The position numbers were made by a program, and so were the translations under genes. The notes under the pieces are model-generated. The model saw only the letters and a list, made by a program, of their open reading frames with translations. It had not been told where the DNA came from and searched no databases. Positions 39,523 to 41,240 of a stretch of 41,240 bases of DNA are shown piece by piece. The stretch lies in sequence record SRR31156797_10280; one strand, given 5' to 3'. Position 1 is the first letter of the stretch, and each line of letters opens with the position of its first letter.

Positions 39523-39549
39523 AATTCAGAACGAAAAATAGTCTGAATT
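39523..39549. repeat. 27-bp dyad site, copy 2
   Basis: AATTCAGAAC-GAAAAAT-AGTCTGAATT then GATTATG. 24/27 identical to copy 1, same orientation. Confidence 0.7.
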
Positions 39550-40006
39550 GATTATGTTGATGACTGTATTTGACAAGCCTAGTAAACTATTTTCAAATAA
39601 AAAAATAGTTCTTGCTATTATAAGTAATAAGGTTATTGTTGATATAGTCAATCTATCACTAAAGTAAGTTCTTAAGCTCTTAAGTTGTTACTAAATCACA
39701 TCAGATATTGAGTCATAATCGGCAGTTTACTAAGCCTACTTATTGGTACCTTTTAATATTCGCCATATAAATTTGTTCTAAGCCATGCTTCTGTAAGTTT
39801 CCTCACCTAGTAGACATTCAATAATTAGAGTTTTCTGGCAAAAGACAACAGTTATGAGGCTCGTTTTGAAGATGAAAGCAGGTAGAGGAATAACTGCTTT
39901 TTTCGAGTGGCACTTTTCCAAATCGATTAGTTTTTCTTAGATAAAAAGTTAACATGTGAATATCTTTTATTAGAGGTGGTAATTTCGCAGTTATCTGAGG
40001 AGTAAT

Positions 40007-40978
40007 ATGAAGTCTGATAATTATATTGAAATAGTCACATCTCCCATATGTGGATTAAATCTGATGCCACAGAAGACACTTGAGTCAATAAGAGAAGTTC
40101 TTGTTAATCATTACAGAAAAGTAAGAATTTCGATTATTCAAGAAGAAAATGACCTAATGAAACTTATTGAAAACAGTCCAGACATAGTAATTTCTGGAAT
40201 CAAATGTTTAGGCTTTGATTCAGCATCCATAAAGAGGGATTCCGATAAGAATATTTGGTTTTCTGAATATCTTGATCAGAATGGGATTAAATATTTGGGT
40301 TCTTCAAGGGAGGCTCTTGAGTCAGAATATAATAAGAGTTCCGCTAAGAGTATACTAAGAAGAAAGGGATTGAAGACTGCAGACTATTTTATAGCTCTTC
40401 CTGATCAATTCAATGCGAGTGAAATAGAACTTGAGTATCCGCTCTTTATAAAGCCATTATATGAAGGTGATTCAAGAGGAGTTGATGCAAAATCCTTAGT
40501 TTATGATTTTGAAAGTTATGAAGAGAAGGTTCGTGATGTATACGATAATCAAGGCACACCATCCATGGTAGAAAAATATCTTTGCGGAAAAGAGTACACT
40601 GTTGCAGTAATGGAAAATCAATATAAAAAACTTCAAGTATACCCTGTAGAGCTTCTTGCACAAAAGAACTGTCAGGGACTAAGAATATTAGGCTTTACAG
40701 ATAAAATTGAAGATAAAGAACGTGCTTTATTTATTGATGATGAGAACACCAGAGGGCTGATATCAAACTTTGCTTTAGATTGCTTTAACGGATTAGGGGC
40801 AAATGGATATGGAAGGATTGATATTAGAATGGATGAATTTGGGCGGCCAAATTTTCTTGAGGCAAATCTAATACCTGGACTAGGGCTTGGCTATTTCTAC
40901 AGATGTTACATGCTCAATGGTGGAGATAGTTATGAGCGGATGATTCTTGATTTAGTTGAGACTTGTCTTTCGGAATAA
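40007..40978 (+). CDS. ATP-grasp ligase, divergent D-Ala-D-Ala ligase-like
   Basis: YLGS, NK, YPLFIKP..EG.S.G, EKYL.G.EYTV, GRIDIR, FLEAN..PGL. GAGGAG SD. Confidence 0.85.
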   Translation: MKSDNYIEIVTSPICGLNLMPQKTLESIREVLVNHYRKVRISIIQEENDLMKLIENSPDIVISGIKCLGFDSASIKRDSDKNIWFSEYLDQNGIKYLGSSREALESEYNKSSAKSILRRKGLKTADYFIALPDQFNASEIELEYPLFIKPLYEGDSRGVDAKSLVYDFESYEEKVRDVYDNQGTPSMVEKYLCGKEYTVAVMENQYKKLQVYPVELLAQKNCQGLRILGFTDKIEDKERALFIDDENTRGLISNFALDCFNGLGANGYGRIDIRMDEFGRPNFLEANLIPGLGLGYFYRCYMLNGGDSYERMILDLVETCLSE

Positions 40979-41151
40979 ATTAAATGACTCTTTGCGATAT
41001 AGTTAATTGCTATGCAGCTAACAATACTATTATGTAGGTCTGTATAACTCATAGACTGAATCGCCACTGAATCAGTAGACACTTTTCTTGTTTATATCAT
41101 AGCTATTTTCTGGTTTTACTGGAGACAATTCTCAAGCATTTTTGTATCAAG

Positions 41152-41183
41152 AAAAAAAGACCAGTGCTTTCACACTAGTCTTT
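41152..41183 (-). terminator. Intrinsic terminator downstream of the tRNA
   Basis: Minus strand AAAGACTAGTG-loop-CACTGGTCTTT plus T run. Confidence 0.7.
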
Positions 41184-41217
41184 GTAAAATCTTTGTCGGT
41201 AGTAATTGTAAAAAAAA

Positions 41218-41240
41218 TGGTGCCCAGGGACGGAATCGAA
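41218..41240 (-). tRNA. 3' end of a tRNA, probably tRNA-Phe (truncated by window edge)
   Basis: Reverse complement TTCGATTCCGTCCCTGGGCACCA (T-loop, acceptor stem, CCA). Identity inferred from the GAA anticodon in the duplicate at 33229-33280. Confidence 0.8.

Larger units (their letters stand above)
33281..41217. mobile_element. tRNA-Phe-associated genomic island remnant, no integrase visible
   Basis: Bounded by the tRNA 3' end and its decayed duplicate, with accessory cargo and long AT-rich intergenic tracts. Confidence 0.7.

Noticed and set aside
39854-39940. 28-codon ORF (MRLVLKMKAGRGITAFFEWHFSKSISFS) as a graspetide precursor for the ATP-grasp enzyme
   Set aside because: No SD, almost no acidic acceptor residues or repeated cores, and the enzyme is Ddl-like rather than RimK/graspetide-like.
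40007-40978. Annotation as a vancomycin-resistance ligase (vanA/vanB)
   Set aside because: No vanH/vanX/vanRS neighbours, and it lacks the N-terminal motif that Van ligases retain.

Overview
A bacterial chromosomal window bounded by two partial minus-strand tRNA genes: elongator tRNA-Met at the left edge and the 3' end of a probable tRNA-Phe at the right edge. Gene content suggests an anaerobic Gram-negative organism, possibly Deferribacterota (inference only). Positions ~1-33.2 kb are mostly core genes: three tandem 372-aa ABC solute-binding paralogues, a small RTX-like protein, yjfB-like, ispF, an orphan kinase, a Kef-type antiporter, araC-lysE, a pair of cation/H+ antiporter-like genes, cupin, ndk, thrC-queA-tgt-yajC-secD-secF, DUF151, tlpA, an SDR, radC, tatB-tatC-moaA-larA-like-uxs-ugd and cysD-cysNC-cysQ. 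Positions ~33.2-41.2 kb look like an integrase-less ~8 kb island between the tRNA 3' end and a decayed copy of the tRNA-Phe 3' half. It carries a sigma54-controlled periplasmic redox module (sensor kinase, enhancer-binding protein, hexaheme cytochrome c, and a Tat-lipoprotein flavoenzyme lacking the fumarate-reductase catalytic arginines) flanked by two 27-bp 10-7-10 dyad sites, plus a non-canonical Ddl-like ATP-grasp ligase. Non-coding signals include a ~70-bp repeat family whose copies each start right after a short hairpin (in two copies the loop is the host gene's stop codon), a REP-like palindrome family, and four apparently leaderless genes. All calls are by eye; no searches were run.
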